Assembly (NCBI GenBank): GCA_947574215.1
Contig: CANPIX010000003.1
Coordinates: 15,770-79,769 of the forward strand
Source: an uncultured Mycoplasmatota bacterium
GTDB taxonomy: Bacteria > Bacillota_I > Bacilli_A > RF39 > UBA660
Length of the DNA stretch: 64,000 bases
Reading direction: 5' to 3'
The notes under the pieces were generated by a model. That model did not search any database, had not been told where the DNA came from, and saw nothing but the letters and a program-made list of their open reading frames with translations. The translations under genes were made by a program, and so were the position numbers. This document shows, one piece after another, positions 1-9,723 of the stretch; the first letter of the stretch is position 1; each line of letters starts with the position of its first letter.

Positions 1-602
1 TCAACTGGCGTTGAAGTTGCATTTATTTCTGAATTAATAGGTGCTACTTCGATTTCTTTATTTTCAACTGGATCTGGTATGGTAGTACTTTCTAAAATTT
101 CTGTTGGTTGCGTATTTATAGTTCCATTTGCCTCTTCTGTCTCGTTATGGATATTCTTGATTGGCTCGATTCTATTTTGTTCAAATGTTTCTATAGGTGT
201 AGTACTCTCTATTTCCATTGGTTCTTCTTTTAACATATTGCTTGGAATTGAAGCAATATTTGGAGAATAATTCTCCCAACTAGAATCTACTAACGTTTCC
301 GTTTTATTTTCTACAGAACTATTTTGATAAAAATTTTCCGAAGGTTTTTGATTCACGTCATTTCCATTTAAAATAGAATCCAAAGTTGGAGAATTTATTG
401 TATTCATCGTTCCTACTTGGTTAGTTGATTCACCAATTCCTTGCTGTTGTAAAATCGTAGTGTTTAAATCATTATGAATTGTATTTTGATTCAATTGACT
501 TGACGTTTGTTTGTTTTCATTATTCTCGAAAACACCATTAGCGTTTTGATTGTTTTGATTGTTTTGATTGTTTTGATTGTTTTGATTGTTTTGATTGTCC
601 AT
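1..602 (-). CDS. Partial CDS (N-terminus only, runs off window start): N/Q-rich low-complexity protein beginning MDNQNNQNNQN...
   Basis: ATG at 602 on the minus strand, preceded by RBS AAAGGGGA. The frame stays open to position 1. The N-terminal NQN repeats are encoded by a 9-bp tandem repeat. Not in the ORF track because no stop is reached. Confidence 0.5.
   Translation of the reverse strand, partial: MDNQNNQNNQNNQNNQNNQNANGVFENNENKQTSSQLNQNTIHNDLNTTILQQQGIGESTNQVGTMNTINSPTLDSILNGNDVNQKPSENFYQNSSVENKTETLVDSSWENYSPNIASIPSNMLKEEPMEIESTTPIETFEQNRIEPIKNIHNETEEANGTINTQPTEILESTTIPDPVENKEIEVAPINSEINATSTPV
544..597 (-). repeat. Perfect 9-bp tandem repeat (TTTTGATTG)x6, coding (NQN)n at the N-terminus of the partial CDS
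   Basis: Six identical units read directly from the sequence. Confidence 0.9.
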
Positions 603-703
603 AGTATCAATCCCCTTTATCATAATCACAATTATAACTAGAATACAATAAAAACGCAAGAAAAAAGAAAAGTGCTACTTTACACTTTTCTTTTTTCTCA
701 ACA

Positions 704-1447
704 TTAACTATTCTTTATTTTTTTCATATAATAACGAATTTGAGTTGACCAAGTCTTACTTTCCGCATATTTTTTTCCGATTGACTCTGGTGTTTTTAAT
801 CCCTTTTTATAATAATTGTTGGATAAATTTTTAAAGAAAGCTTCAATACCAGAATTTAAAGAACTAAATCTTGCATAGGAACTGCCTCCACAAGTATTGC
901 TTCCTTTCATTCCACCAACATTATTACAATGTTTTACAAGAGAACTACAAGTCCCTGATGAACAACCTGTCTCATGCAAAACGATTGCTAACGCTAAATA
1001 AGGATCTACACCATATTGAATTGATAACTTGGCAAAAAGCGTTCCATATCCTTTTAATGTTGATTTTAAATTTTTATCTAATTTTTTAGCTAACTGTTCA
1101 AGTGTCATTCCATTGTAAACGATTTTTGGTTCGTTTTCAATCTCGACGGTTTTACTTGCATTCGTTTTGTTAGCGTATTCATTTATTGCTAATATTTCAT
1201 TAGCGTTTTTTCGATCTAGTAACGTTTGGTTACTAATACTACTTACCAATGTGGTTTTGTTTGGAAGAATAGCAAAACTATTTTCCACACTTTTTGTTCC
1301 ATCTAACGTTTTTACAGTACAGATGTTAACAAGAAGGATCGTGGTTATGGCCATTATGGCCTTAACCGACGGTAATTTTTTCATTTTTACTCTACCTCTT
1401 TTTTGCGGAACGGTATTTATATTATCATATTCTAACTTAAGTGTCAA
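704..1447 (-). CDS. Secreted peptidoglycan hydrolase, glucosaminidase/lysozyme-like domain (YGVDPYLALAIVLHETG...)
   Basis: N-terminal hydrophobic signal/anchor. The C-terminal domain matches the mannosyl-glycoprotein endo-N-acetylglucosaminidase / FlgJ-type muramidase signature, judged from memory. Confidence 0.5.
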   Translation of the reverse strand: MTLKLEYDNINTVPQKRGRVKMKKLPSVKAIMAITTILLVNICTVKTLDGTKSVENSFAILPNKTTLVSSISNQTLLDRKNANEILAINEYANKTNASKTVEIENEPKIVYNGMTLEQLAKKLDKNLKSTLKGYGTLFAKLSIQYGVDPYLALAIVLHETGCSSGTCSSLVKHCNNVGGMKGSNTCGGSSYARFSSLNSGIEAFFKNLSNNYYKKGLKTPESIGKKYAESKTWSTQIRYYMKKIKNS

Positions 1448-1530
1448 ATTGCAGGCGTTTTCTAAATGAGAAAAAAGAGATTTTGTAAGTCATGCATTTG
1501 TATATTTCCTAAGAGAAAGTAAGTTTATAT

Positions 1531-2505
1531 TTAGATAGGAGAAAAACTTATAAATTGTCTTCCCATCGAATTAAAACTTTCTTCTAACTGTTCTTTAGGA
1601 ACTTTATAATTTTTCTCCTCTTTTAAAGGATCATTTATATAATAATATTCTTCATCCATTCCTGTTAATAAAACTGTATGGGAATTTTTAGGATACGTAT
1701 AGGTATATTTTTCATCGTAACTAAACCACTCATAAATATTCTCAGCTTTTTGATAATCCATTGTAATCCATATTATACTTGGGTATTCATTCGCAGCAAG
1801 AACGTATAAAGGAGATTTATTCGCTTCTCCAAGCATCAAAACCAATTCCTTTTGTAAATGGTAATCTTCAAGTATTTTGATCATCGATTTTGCGATTACA
1901 GGTTCAAAGGCTCCCCACCCTCTATTTCTGCTTGAAGGATCTCCAGCATAGATTTTTGAAGGATCAGGGCCGAATCTTTTCCCTTCTTTTTCGTAGACAT
2001 TGTCTTTTTCTAAATAGTCATTTATAAATTCTTTTAAAGTGACATCTACCCCAATATAATTTAAGAGCATAACCGCACTTGCAGATTCACAACCATTGGG
2101 ATAATCTGGATTTTGCAAAATAAGAGATACATTTTTTTGGTTTGCCTTTTCTTTTCTAAAATCTTCGTATTCTTCTTTCGTATTAAAATAGAGATTGTAA
2201 GGAATTTCTTGTCCAAGTTTTAATTCAAAAATAGGATTAAATAAATGGATTTGATAATTTTCTCTTTTCATTTGGTAGGTAGCTAAGATTTTTTGCGTTG
2301 TAAAATAGTCCTTCTCTAAAGATGGAATTAAAGCATATTTTAATTCATTATGTTTTCGAATGTAAAGATTCAACCAAATAATATTAGATAAAATTAAAAT
2401 TATTATTAAGCCGAGTCCTATCCATTTTTTATGTCTTCTCATCTTTTCGAAGTCTCCTCTTTTTTCTATTTTGGTTATATCATAGATATAGAATAATGAC
2501 AACAA
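1531..2505 (-). CDS. Membrane-anchored peptidase C39-like (BtrH/C39_2-type) domain protein
   Basis: N-terminal TM helix. Motif NPDYPNGCESASAVMLLNY carries the catalytic Cys of C39-like domains. Confidence 0.45.
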   Translation of the reverse strand: MLSLFYIYDITKIEKRGDFEKMRRHKKWIGLGLIIILILSNIIWLNLYIRKHNELKYALIPSLEKDYFTTQKILATYQMKRENYQIHLFNPIFELKLGQEIPYNLYFNTKEEYEDFRKEKANQKNVSLILQNPDYPNGCESASAVMLLNYIGVDVTLKEFINDYLEKDNVYEKEGKRFGPDPSKIYAGDPSSRNRGWGAFEPVIAKSMIKILEDYHLQKELVLMLGEANKSPLYVLAANEYPSIIWITMDYQKAENIYEWFSYDEKYTYTYPKNSHTVLLTGMDEEYYYINDPLKEEKNYKVPKEQLEESFNSMGRQFISFSPI

Positions 2506-2659
2506 ATACTTTTTTGAATTGATAGATAAAAAATATTTTTACTTAAAGAGTGAAAATTTATAGAGAATATACATTTTACAAAAGCATTTATTTAAAAGAT
2601 TACACATTTTTAATTAGAAATATATAAAAATCCAAAACAAATGTTCCTCGTTCTAGGTT

Positions 2660-3178
2660 TTAAAAAAGGAAACTTACCACTAAAAAACTGGCTACAATTC
2701 CAATAAAATCAGCAAATAAACCAGTTGATAAAGCGTACCTTGTTTTATTAATTTTAATGCTTCCAAAATAAAGTGCTAAAACATAAATCGTTGTATCTGT
2801 ACAACCTTGAATTGTACTAGCAAGTCTTCCAACAAAAGAATCTGGACCGAAATTAGCAAATATATCGTTCATGATAGCTAAAGAGGCCGTTCCTGAAATT
2901 GGTCTTACAAATGCCATAGGCAAAATTTGAATGGGTAAATGTATTTTGGTTAAAATGGGAGCAATGATTCCAAAAACAGTTTCCAAAAGTTGACTTTTTA
3001 AAAATATATTAATGGCAAAAACCATAGCAATTATGGATGGAAAAATATGAAATACCGTAATTAAACCTTCTTTTGCTCCTTCTAAAAAAGTATCGTAAAT
3101 CATTACTTTTTTTCGAAAAGCATAAAAAATAACAATCAGTACAAATAGCGGAATAATTAATTTGGATATGGTATTCAT
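2660..3178 (-). CDS. spmB: Spore maturation protein B (nucleoside-transporter/GATE-domain membrane protein)
   Basis: Polytopic membrane protein immediately downstream of spmA and dacB. The likely true start is MNTISKL at 3178, which abuts the spmA stop. This matches the classical dacB-spmA-spmB operon. Confidence 0.7.
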   Translation of the reverse strand: MNTISKLIIPLFVLIVIFYAFRKKVMIYDTFLEGAKEGLITVFHIFPSIIAMVFAINIFLKSQLLETVFGIIAPILTKIHLPIQILPMAFVRPISGTASLAIMNDIFANFGPDSFVGRLASTIQGCTDTTIYVLALYFGSIKINKTRYALSTGLFADFIGIVASFLVVSFLF

Positions 3179-3756
3179 CTTTTTTTCCTCTTTCTTCTTA
3201 TATAATCTAAAGTTAAACCGGCTACACTTGCACAAATTGTTGCTAAAATCGAAGTCAGAATAATTTCTTCAGGATTCGTACTGCCATGCATCATACGAAG
3301 AGCAATTACGGTAGTTGGAACGATAGTAACTCCACTTGTATTCAATACCAAGAAAGTAATCATAGCATCACTTGCTACGTCTTTTTGATCGTTTTCTTTT
3401 TGCATTTCTTCCATCGCTTTTAAGCCGAATGGTGTAGCTGCACTTCCAAGACCCATGGCATTGGCAACTATATTAGAAGTAATATAGCCTAAAGCTTTAC
3501 TATCTTTTTTTAAAGATGGAAATAATTTGCTTAAAACGGGTTTTACAAAATTGCCTACTTTTGTAAGCATTCCACTCTTTTCTGCAATTTTCATAATTCC
3601 AGACCACAATACAATAATAGGGAGTAAATCCAAAATCATTTGGACTCCATTAGAAGCACTATTTAAAATCGTATCGTTCAAATCATTTATACTTCCAAAA
3701 AAACAAGTAAAAAGTATTCCTATAATGATGAAAAAACCCCATATTTTATTTATCAT
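3175..3756 (-). CDS. spmA: Spore maturation protein A
   Basis: GATE-domain membrane protein in the conserved position between dacB and spmB. Confidence 0.7.
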   Translation of the reverse strand: MINKIWGFFIIIGILFTCFFGSINDLNDTILNSASNGVQMILDLLPIIVLWSGIMKIAEKSGMLTKVGNFVKPVLSKLFPSLKKDSKALGYITSNIVANAMGLGSAATPFGLKAMEEMQKENDQKDVASDAMITFLVLNTSGVTIVPTTVIALRMMHGSTNPEEIILTSILATICASVAGLTLDYIRRKRKKR

Positions 3757-4855
3757 GTGTAAACCATCCTATAATTTTTTGAAATAAATTTTTCTTTTTT
3801 TCTTCTACTTTTTCTTGTTTTTGAACATAAATTTTCTCTTCTTTTAAAACTTCTTCTTTTAATTTTATCTTTATGGAACCCACTACACTTCCATTTTCGT
3901 ATTCTTTTTGTTTTTCTAAATGAATATCTAAAGAGATATTTTCTTTTTCGCTTTTTTTGACCATTAAGTAAATGTCTTCTTTTATATATAAAGTGTTATT
4001 TTTATAATAATTTTCATTCTCTACTTTAAAATTATTTTTATCAACCACTTTTACGCTTTCGTATTCTTGAAATAAAGTTTCGTATAAATATTTATGATCA
4101 TCCCAATCATCGGGATCGTTTAAAGAAACTATGGTAATATTTTTGTTTTCTTTCGAAGCCGTTGAAACCAGTGTTCTACGAGCACGCTCTGTAAATCCCG
4201 TTTTTCCTCCTGTTGTAAATTCGTATAGAGTTAACATTTTATTTTTATTTGTCCAACTGTATGTTTTTCTATCGCTTTTTGCCACATGATTTTTGGTACT
4301 GACAATTTCTTTATAGACATCATTTTTCATAGCATAACTAGATAACAAAGCCATATCGTAGGCTGTTGATTTATTTCCTTCTCCTTTATTATTTTCTAAA
4401 CCGTGTGGATTTATAAAAGTAGTATGATTCATTCCAATTTCTTTTGCTTTTTGGTTCATGAACTCAACAAATGTATCCACATCTCCACCTACAAATTCTG
4501 CTATTGCTAAAGCCGCATCATTTCCACTTCGAAGCATTAAGCCATAAAGCAAATCTTTTAATTTCATGGTTTCTCCTACTTCAATATAAATTCCACTTCC
4601 AAAAGATTTTAAAATGGTATTGGTGGCGGTTACATCGCTATTTATATCTTTAAGTTCAATTGCAACTACAGCCGTCATAATTTTAGTTATACTTGCTATT
4701 AAATGTTCGTCATAAGCGTTCTTTTCAAAAAGAACACGATGTGTATCCATATCCATAGCAATAATATTACGGGCACTAATTGCTTGTGTTTTTATTGGTC
4801 CCCAAAAGAAAAAGAAAAGTATCAAACCTAGCCATAGTTTTTTCATATCGTTCAC
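3746..4855 (-). CDS. dacB: D-alanyl-D-alanine carboxypeptidase (S11 family, PBP5*-like), sporulation-specific
   Basis: Signal peptide. SxxK motif in IASITKIMT. Sits upstream of spmA and spmB. Confidence 0.75.
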   Translation of the reverse strand: MNDMKKLWLGLILFFFFWGPIKTQAISARNIIAMDMDTHRVLFEKNAYDEHLIASITKIMTAVVAIELKDINSDVTATNTILKSFGSGIYIEVGETMKLKDLLYGLMLRSGNDAALAIAEFVGGDVDTFVEFMNQKAKEIGMNHTTFINPHGLENNKGEGNKSTAYDMALLSSYAMKNDVYKEIVSTKNHVAKSDRKTYSWTNKNKMLTLYEFTTGGKTGFTERARRTLVSTASKENKNITIVSLNDPDDWDDHKYLYETLFQEYESVKVVDKNNFKVENENYYKNNTLYIKEDIYLMVKKSEKENISLDIHLEKQKEYENGSVVGSIKIKLKEEVLKEEKIYVQKQEKVEEKKKNLFQKIIGWFTHDK

Positions 4856-4891
4856 CTAAAAAATAGTATGAAAAAAAGGACTTTTTTAGTC

Positions 4892-5470
4892 CTAGTCATT
4901 GGTATAATTATAAATTCCGTGAATTTTTTCTAACATTTCCGTACTTACCGTGTCTAAAACCCATTTGCCATCCTTTTTTAAAACCTTAAAATCTATAGTG
5001 TATTCAACTGTTTTGGTTGTTTTTTTCATTTGATCCAATTTGTAATTTAAAAATTTTTTGGCCTCATAATTTCCATCAACATCCATAAATTCATTTTTAT
5101 GATTGTTTTTGTATTCCTCGGCTTCTTTTTGGGCACTATATAAATCGTATACTGTAATCTTAGTCTTTACAGTTGCTTCTTCACCATTATAATTTTCTTC
5201 TACGATTTTGTAACTTAAATCTTTGTATTGTTTGGTCATAACATTTTTGTATTTCTCACTGGTATCCTCATCAAACTCTTCATCTTTGATCACATTGTCT
5301 AATTCTGCTAAAACTTTTTCATGTTGATTGTTGTATTTGTTTAAATATTCCTTAACCGCATCACTAGCTTTATCTTTTGTGCAAGCACATCCCACTACCA
5401 TACATAAAGTAATTAAAAATAAAACAGTTTTTTTCATACTCTTTTTCTCCTTTATTCTTAGCATTACCAA
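4892..5470 (-). CDS. Lipoprotein, unknown function
   Basis: Signal peptide with lipobox VVGC after MKKTVLFLITLCM. K/E-rich hydrophilic body. Confidence 0.5.
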   Translation of the reverse strand: MVMLRIKEKKSMKKTVLFLITLCMVVGCACTKDKASDAVKEYLNKYNNQHEKVLAELDNVIKDEEFDEDTSEKYKNVMTKQYKDLSYKIVEENYNGEEATVKTKITVYDLYSAQKEAEEYKNNHKNEFMDVDGNYEAKKFLNYKLDQMKKTTKTVEYTIDFKVLKKDGKWVLDTVSTEMLEKIHGIYNYTND

Positions 5471-5519
5471 AAGGTATTCAAATTATACTTCTTGTGATAA
5501 AATACTATTGGGTGAAACA

Positions 5520-6503
5520 ATGAAAAGATTATTAACCGGTTTAAAACCAAGTGGAGAATTAACTCTTGGAAGTTTAATAGGTGGAATTAAACAAAGTGTA
5601 GAGTTTCAAAATAATTATGATTCTTTTATTTTTGTTCCAGATTTGCACGCGATTACTGTACCTCAAGAAGCCTATCTTTTAAAAGAAAGAATTCGAAAAA
5701 ATGTAGCTCTTTATTTGGCATGTGGGATTGATCCCCAAAAAAATACCATTTATTTACAGTCTGAAAATGTGTACCACACCAATCTTTCGTGGATTTTGGA
5801 ATGTCATACCTATATGGGAGAAGCAAATCGCATGACACAATATAAAGATAAAGCCAGTAAAAAAGAACAAGTGAGTGTTGGATTGTTTACCTATCCTATA
5901 CTAATGGCTGCAGATATTCTTCTTTATAGTGCAAATTTTGTTCCTGTTGGAATCGATCAAAAGCAACATGTCGAATTAACTCGTAATATTGCTGAAAGAT
6001 TTAATCATAAATATGGAGATACGTTTACTATACCAGAACCAATAATTCCCAAAATTGGAGCCAAAATTATGGATTTACAAAATCCGACGAAAAAAATGAG
6101 CAAATCTAGCGGGGATACTAAAGGCTCTATTCTTCTTTTGGATTCTGAAGAAGTTATTCGAAAAAAAATAATGTCTGCGGTTACAGACAGTGATAATAAA
6201 GTATATTTCGATATTGAAAAAAAACCTGGGATCTCTAATCTACTTACCATCTATTCTTCTTTAAGTAATAAATCACTTCAAGAGGTTGAAGAAATTTTTA
6301 AAGATTCAAATTATGGTTATTTAAAAAAAGAAGTTGCTGATTTAGTAGTAATCACTTTACTAGAAATACAAAAAAAATATCAAGAATATGTGCAATCTGG
6401 TATTGTTGATGAAGTTTTAGATCATGGAAGAAAAACTGTTGAAAAAATTGCAAAAGAAAAATATGAAGAAGTTTTAAAAAAATTAGGCCTAGGGCGATTC
6501 TAG
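5520..6503 (+). CDS. trpS: Tryptophanyl-tRNA synthetase
   Basis: Class I synthetase with KMSKS motif in KKMSKSSGD. Start chosen at MKRLLTGLKPSGELTLG at 5520, giving about 327 aa. The upstream extension in the ORF track overlaps the divergent lipoprotein gene. Confidence 0.85.
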   Translation: MKRLLTGLKPSGELTLGSLIGGIKQSVEFQNNYDSFIFVPDLHAITVPQEAYLLKERIRKNVALYLACGIDPQKNTIYLQSENVYHTNLSWILECHTYMGEANRMTQYKDKASKKEQVSVGLFTYPILMAADILLYSANFVPVGIDQKQHVELTRNIAERFNHKYGDTFTIPEPIIPKIGAKIMDLQNPTKKMSKSSGDTKGSILLLDSEEVIRKKIMSAVTDSDNKVYFDIEKKPGISNLLTIYSSLSNKSLQEVEEIFKDSNYGYLKKEVADLVVITLLEIQKKYQEYVQSGIVDEVLDHGRKTVEKIAKEKYEEVLKKLGLGRF

Positions 6504-7144
6504 CGAATGTTATTATAAGAGAGTTTAATAAAATCATAAACTCTTTTTAAATTGTCATCGTAATCTTTTTGTAAACAATTTGTCATTTCTTTGTAAATTT
6601 TTTCTAAGTCGCCACCATTTTTGTTCAGCCATTCATAATACAAATATTTTAACTTACTACTATTTTTTTCTTGATACAAAGTATCAATTTCACATTGAAT
6701 TAGTTTTTTCATTTCTCTTACTTGACGAATTCCATTATTTTTTGCATATTTCTTGATTTTTTCATATTCTAAAGTACTTTCCTTCATTGTAAACATAACT
6801 TCACTTAAATTTAATTCATCACTAGGAAGAAGTTTACTTCTACTTATTACTTGACCATTTTCATTAATTTCTAAGGCCAAAGCGTTTTTGGTATCACTAA
6901 TTAAAAATGTATATTCACAAGTTTTGCTACTTGATTTTAATATAGTTTTATCTTTAATTTGTATAAGTAAGGATTCTGGAAATTTTGTTTTGTATTTTAA
7001 ATTGTCTTTTAAACATTCCGTTGAAACTCGAAATATAGGAATTTTTTTTACAAAATCAACTTGATCTTTTTCTTCCCATTCATAAAATTCATATAGATTT
7101 TCATCTTCTCCAAAATTTAGAAGAACGTCGTAGTAATAATACAT
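6500..7144 (-). CDS. Hypothetical cytoplasmic protein
   Basis: Long ORF with no recognisable motif. Convergent with trpS, sharing a CTAG stop overlap. Confidence 0.4.
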   Translation of the reverse strand: MYYYYDVLLNFGEDENLYEFYEWEEKDQVDFVKKIPIFRVSTECLKDNLKYKTKFPESLLIQIKDKTILKSSSKTCEYTFLISDTKNALALEINENGQVISRSKLLPSDELNLSEVMFTMKESTLEYEKIKKYAKNNGIRQVREMKKLIQCEIDTLYQEKNSSKLKYLYYEWLNKNGGDLEKIYKEMTNCLQKDYDDNLKRVYDFIKLSYNNIR

Positions 7145-7340
7145 TTTTTAAGCTCCTTTCAAAAGATAATAAGATGATTATTATCCCAAATAAAAACAAC
7201 AAACATTCAAATCGTTTACTAATAAATTTAACAAAATCTAAAAAACTATACCCCATTGTAAACAAGTTTGTATAAAGTATAATAAACATGAGGCCAATAC
7301 TAGATAGTAGGGTTCCAAAAATTGTTCCTAATACATTCAT
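7101..7340 (-). CDS. Small membrane protein, 2 TM
   Basis: 79-aa hydrophobic ORF upstream of the previous gene. Confidence 0.35.
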   Translation of the reverse strand: MNVLGTIFGTLLSSIGLMFIILYTNLFTMGYSFLDFVKFISKRFECLLFLFGIIIILLSFERSLKNVLLLRRSSKFWRR

Positions 7341-7405
7341 AAATCACCTATTTTAATTTTATTTCTTATTTTTAAAATTTATTATATAATTAAATAGGTG
7401 ATCGA

Positions 7406-8215
7406 ATGAAATATGTAATTTATATTCTTTTAGGAATTTTACAGGGTTTTACAGAACCTCTTCCTATATCTTCTAGTGGCCACTTGTTTTTATTCAAAAA
7501 TATCTTTAATACGGATATGCTCAATGATTTGAACTTTGAAATTTTTGTGAATTTTGGTTCTTTTTTAGCTATACTTTTTATTTTTTTGCCTGATATTATT
7601 AAATTATTAAAATCTTTTTTTACTTATCTTTTTAAAAAAGAAAAAAGAAATTTAGTTAAACATGATTTTAAATATTGTTTATTAATTCTTGTTGGAAGCA
7701 TACCTGTTGGGATTTTAGGAGTATTGTTGAAGGATAAATTAGAAAATGCATTAAATATTAAATTATTAGGAATTGCTTTTTTAATCACAGCGATTTCTTT
7801 GTTTCTAGTAAAAAATATAAAGGGTGAAAAAGAAGATAAAGATTTAACTGTGAAAGATGCAATTATTATAGGACTTTTACAAATGGTTGCATTGTGTCCA
7901 GGAATAAGTCGTAGTGGTATCGTTTTAGTAGGCTGTCTTCTTTGCAGATTAAAAAAAGACGCGGCTTTAAAATATACATTTATGCTTTATTTTCCTGTTA
8001 GCATCGCATCGATGGGACTTGGTGTATTGGACTTTTTTGAGAACCCAGCTAGCAGTAGTTTACTTCCAAGTTATGTAATTGGGATGATTTTTGCTGGAAT
8101 CGTTACTTATTTTTCTTACAGATGGTTATCCAATCTTGTAAAAAAAGGAAAGTTATGGAAATTCTCTATTTACTGTTTATGCCTAGCCTTTTTCATCTTT
8201 ATTTATTTTAGATAA
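7406..8215 (+). CDS. uppP: Undecaprenyl-diphosphatase
   Basis: Signature motifs PISSSGHL and GISRSG. RBS AGGTGA lies 6 nt upstream of the ATG. Confidence 0.9.
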   Translation: MKYVIYILLGILQGFTEPLPISSSGHLFLFKNIFNTDMLNDLNFEIFVNFGSFLAILFIFLPDIIKLLKSFFTYLFKKEKRNLVKHDFKYCLLILVGSIPVGILGVLLKDKLENALNIKLLGIAFLITAISLFLVKNIKGEKEDKDLTVKDAIIIGLLQMVALCPGISRSGIVLVGCLLCRLKKDAALKYTFMLYFPVSIASMGLGVLDFFENPASSSLLPSYVIGMIFAGIVTYFSYRWLSNLVKKGKLWKFSIYCLCLAFFIFIYFR

Positions 8216-8400
8216 GATTGAAAAAGAAAATTAGCTTTTAATTAAAAAATTGTCACCTGTATTCTAAGTAGACAATTTTTTTATTTTCTTCTACAAAAAA
8301 TGGATACTTAACATTCCACTAGCTTTTATCCTTGTTTCCTAAAAAAAACTTGTCTCTTTTATTTGGTTTGAAACAAGTTTAAAAATCATTTTATCCATTT

Positions 8401-9666
8401 TTATTTCTTTTTTAAATGTAGTTCTATATCATCATTTAAAAATTCTTCATCAAAACAAGGACCTATGTGAATAATCTTATCGTTTAAAGCTCTACTATTG
8501 TTTTTATGAATTGAAATCACTAAATACTGCATGGCATTCTTTTTTAGTTCAATAGAAGAAAATAGATTGTTTTTAGTAGACTGATTTAGTTTTTGTAAAT
8601 TCACTACTTCAGAACTCGCTAATTTTTTACTATTTTCTAATTGTTCTAATATACTTTCTAATTCATCTTTAAACGTTGCGGTTAAAGATGAATTCTCCTC
8701 TTCAAGTGATTCTTTTGAAGTGTTAACTCTTGATGAAACTAAAGTATCTTTTTCAACGGTATAAATATAATAATCTTTATTCTGCGCCCTTTCAAATAGA
8801 ATATTTCTCAATTTATCTTCGTAGTCTTTTATCAGTATTCTCTTACTTTCTAATAATTCTTCAGAGTATTCTTTTGCGTAACTAGGAATATTAAATTTTA
8901 TTGAATTTAATTCTTTTTCAATGAATTGGAAATTATCATTTAGAATACTATACAAAATTTTAATTGTAGATTCTAACTCTTCGTATTTTTTATTGAGTTG
9001 TTTTGCAGAATGAATTACATGCTTTATATATGCGTACTTTTGAGGCAAATAAATCGAATTTACATCTAACTGATATGTAAAAACCAACTCATACAAAAAT
9101 GATTCTGAGAAAGGACAAATTATATAATTTTCTAATTCTTTATTTTCTTCTTTTGTTAAAGAAAGAAATTTTTGGAATCTTTTCCTTGATTCTTGAAAAA
9201 AATGATGTTTCTTAAATTTTTCTATATAAATCGTTTTAAAAAATTCGATTGGAATAATCATAAAATCGAATTGGTTACACAGATAACCTATGGAAGAAAG
9301 ATTTGTGGTTAAAAAAGAAGAAGAAAGTTCGATTCTATAATCTGCAATTATTTTTATTGGATATTGTTGTGAAAGAAAAAAACCAACAATTTCAACGGGA
9401 AGATTTTCTAGATCTTTTTCTGTAATTTCTTTTAAATAAAGAAACTTTCCTTGGTACTCTATTCCTATTTTTTGATTTAATTCCTTTTCTGTGTCCAAAA
9501 TACAATTAGGAACATTTCCATAATTTATCCAACAACGTTCGCATGCTTCTCTTAACACTGTACGAATATTATCATAAAAATATATTTGATTACTTTTTTG
9601 AATATGATCACATAAATCCTGTATTATTTTATAATCCTTCTTTTTTTGCCATTCAATAGTATCCAT
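8401..9666 (-). CDS. Hypothetical protein (421 aa, soluble)
   Basis: ORF only; no motif recognised. Confidence 0.4.
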   Translation of the reverse strand: MDTIEWQKKKDYKIIQDLCDHIQKSNQIYFYDNIRTVLREACERCWINYGNVPNCILDTEKELNQKIGIEYQGKFLYLKEITEKDLENLPVEIVGFFLSQQYPIKIIADYRIELSSSFLTTNLSSIGYLCNQFDFMIIPIEFFKTIYIEKFKKHHFFQESRKRFQKFLSLTKEENKELENYIICPFSESFLYELVFTYQLDVNSIYLPQKYAYIKHVIHSAKQLNKKYEELESTIKILYSILNDNFQFIEKELNSIKFNIPSYAKEYSEELLESKRILIKDYEDKLRNILFERAQNKDYYIYTVEKDTLVSSRVNTSKESLEEENSSLTATFKDELESILEQLENSKKLASSEVVNLQKLNQSTKNNLFSSIELKKNAMQYLVISIHKNNSRALNDKIIHIGPCFDEEFLNDDIELHLKKK

Positions 9667-9723
9667 ATTTAAACCTTCTTTTAAATGATTTTTATTTTAA
9701 TAATTTTTCTTATTTCTGTCAAA

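Noticed and set aside
79-270. 63-aa plus-strand ORF at window start
   Set aside because: Antisense to the open minus-strand frame that continues from the ATG at 602 with a good RBS. No start context.
2660-3235. Apparent 61-nt overlap between spmA and spmB ORFs
   Set aside because: The spmB reading frame simply stays open upstream. The conserved start MNTISKL at 3178 abuts the spmA stop, so there is no real overlap.
5328-5519. Long N-terminal extension of trpS in the ORF track (start at 5328)
   Set aside because: The extension overlaps the divergent lipoprotein gene and is hydrophobic nonsense. The conserved TrpS N-terminus begins at MKRLLTGLKPSGEL (5520).
6497-6506. Convergent trpS and 214-aa gene sharing the palindrome CTAG as overlapping stop codons, with no terminator between
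   Set aside because: A real sequence curiosity, but explained by compact genome organisation. Not evidence of a functional element.
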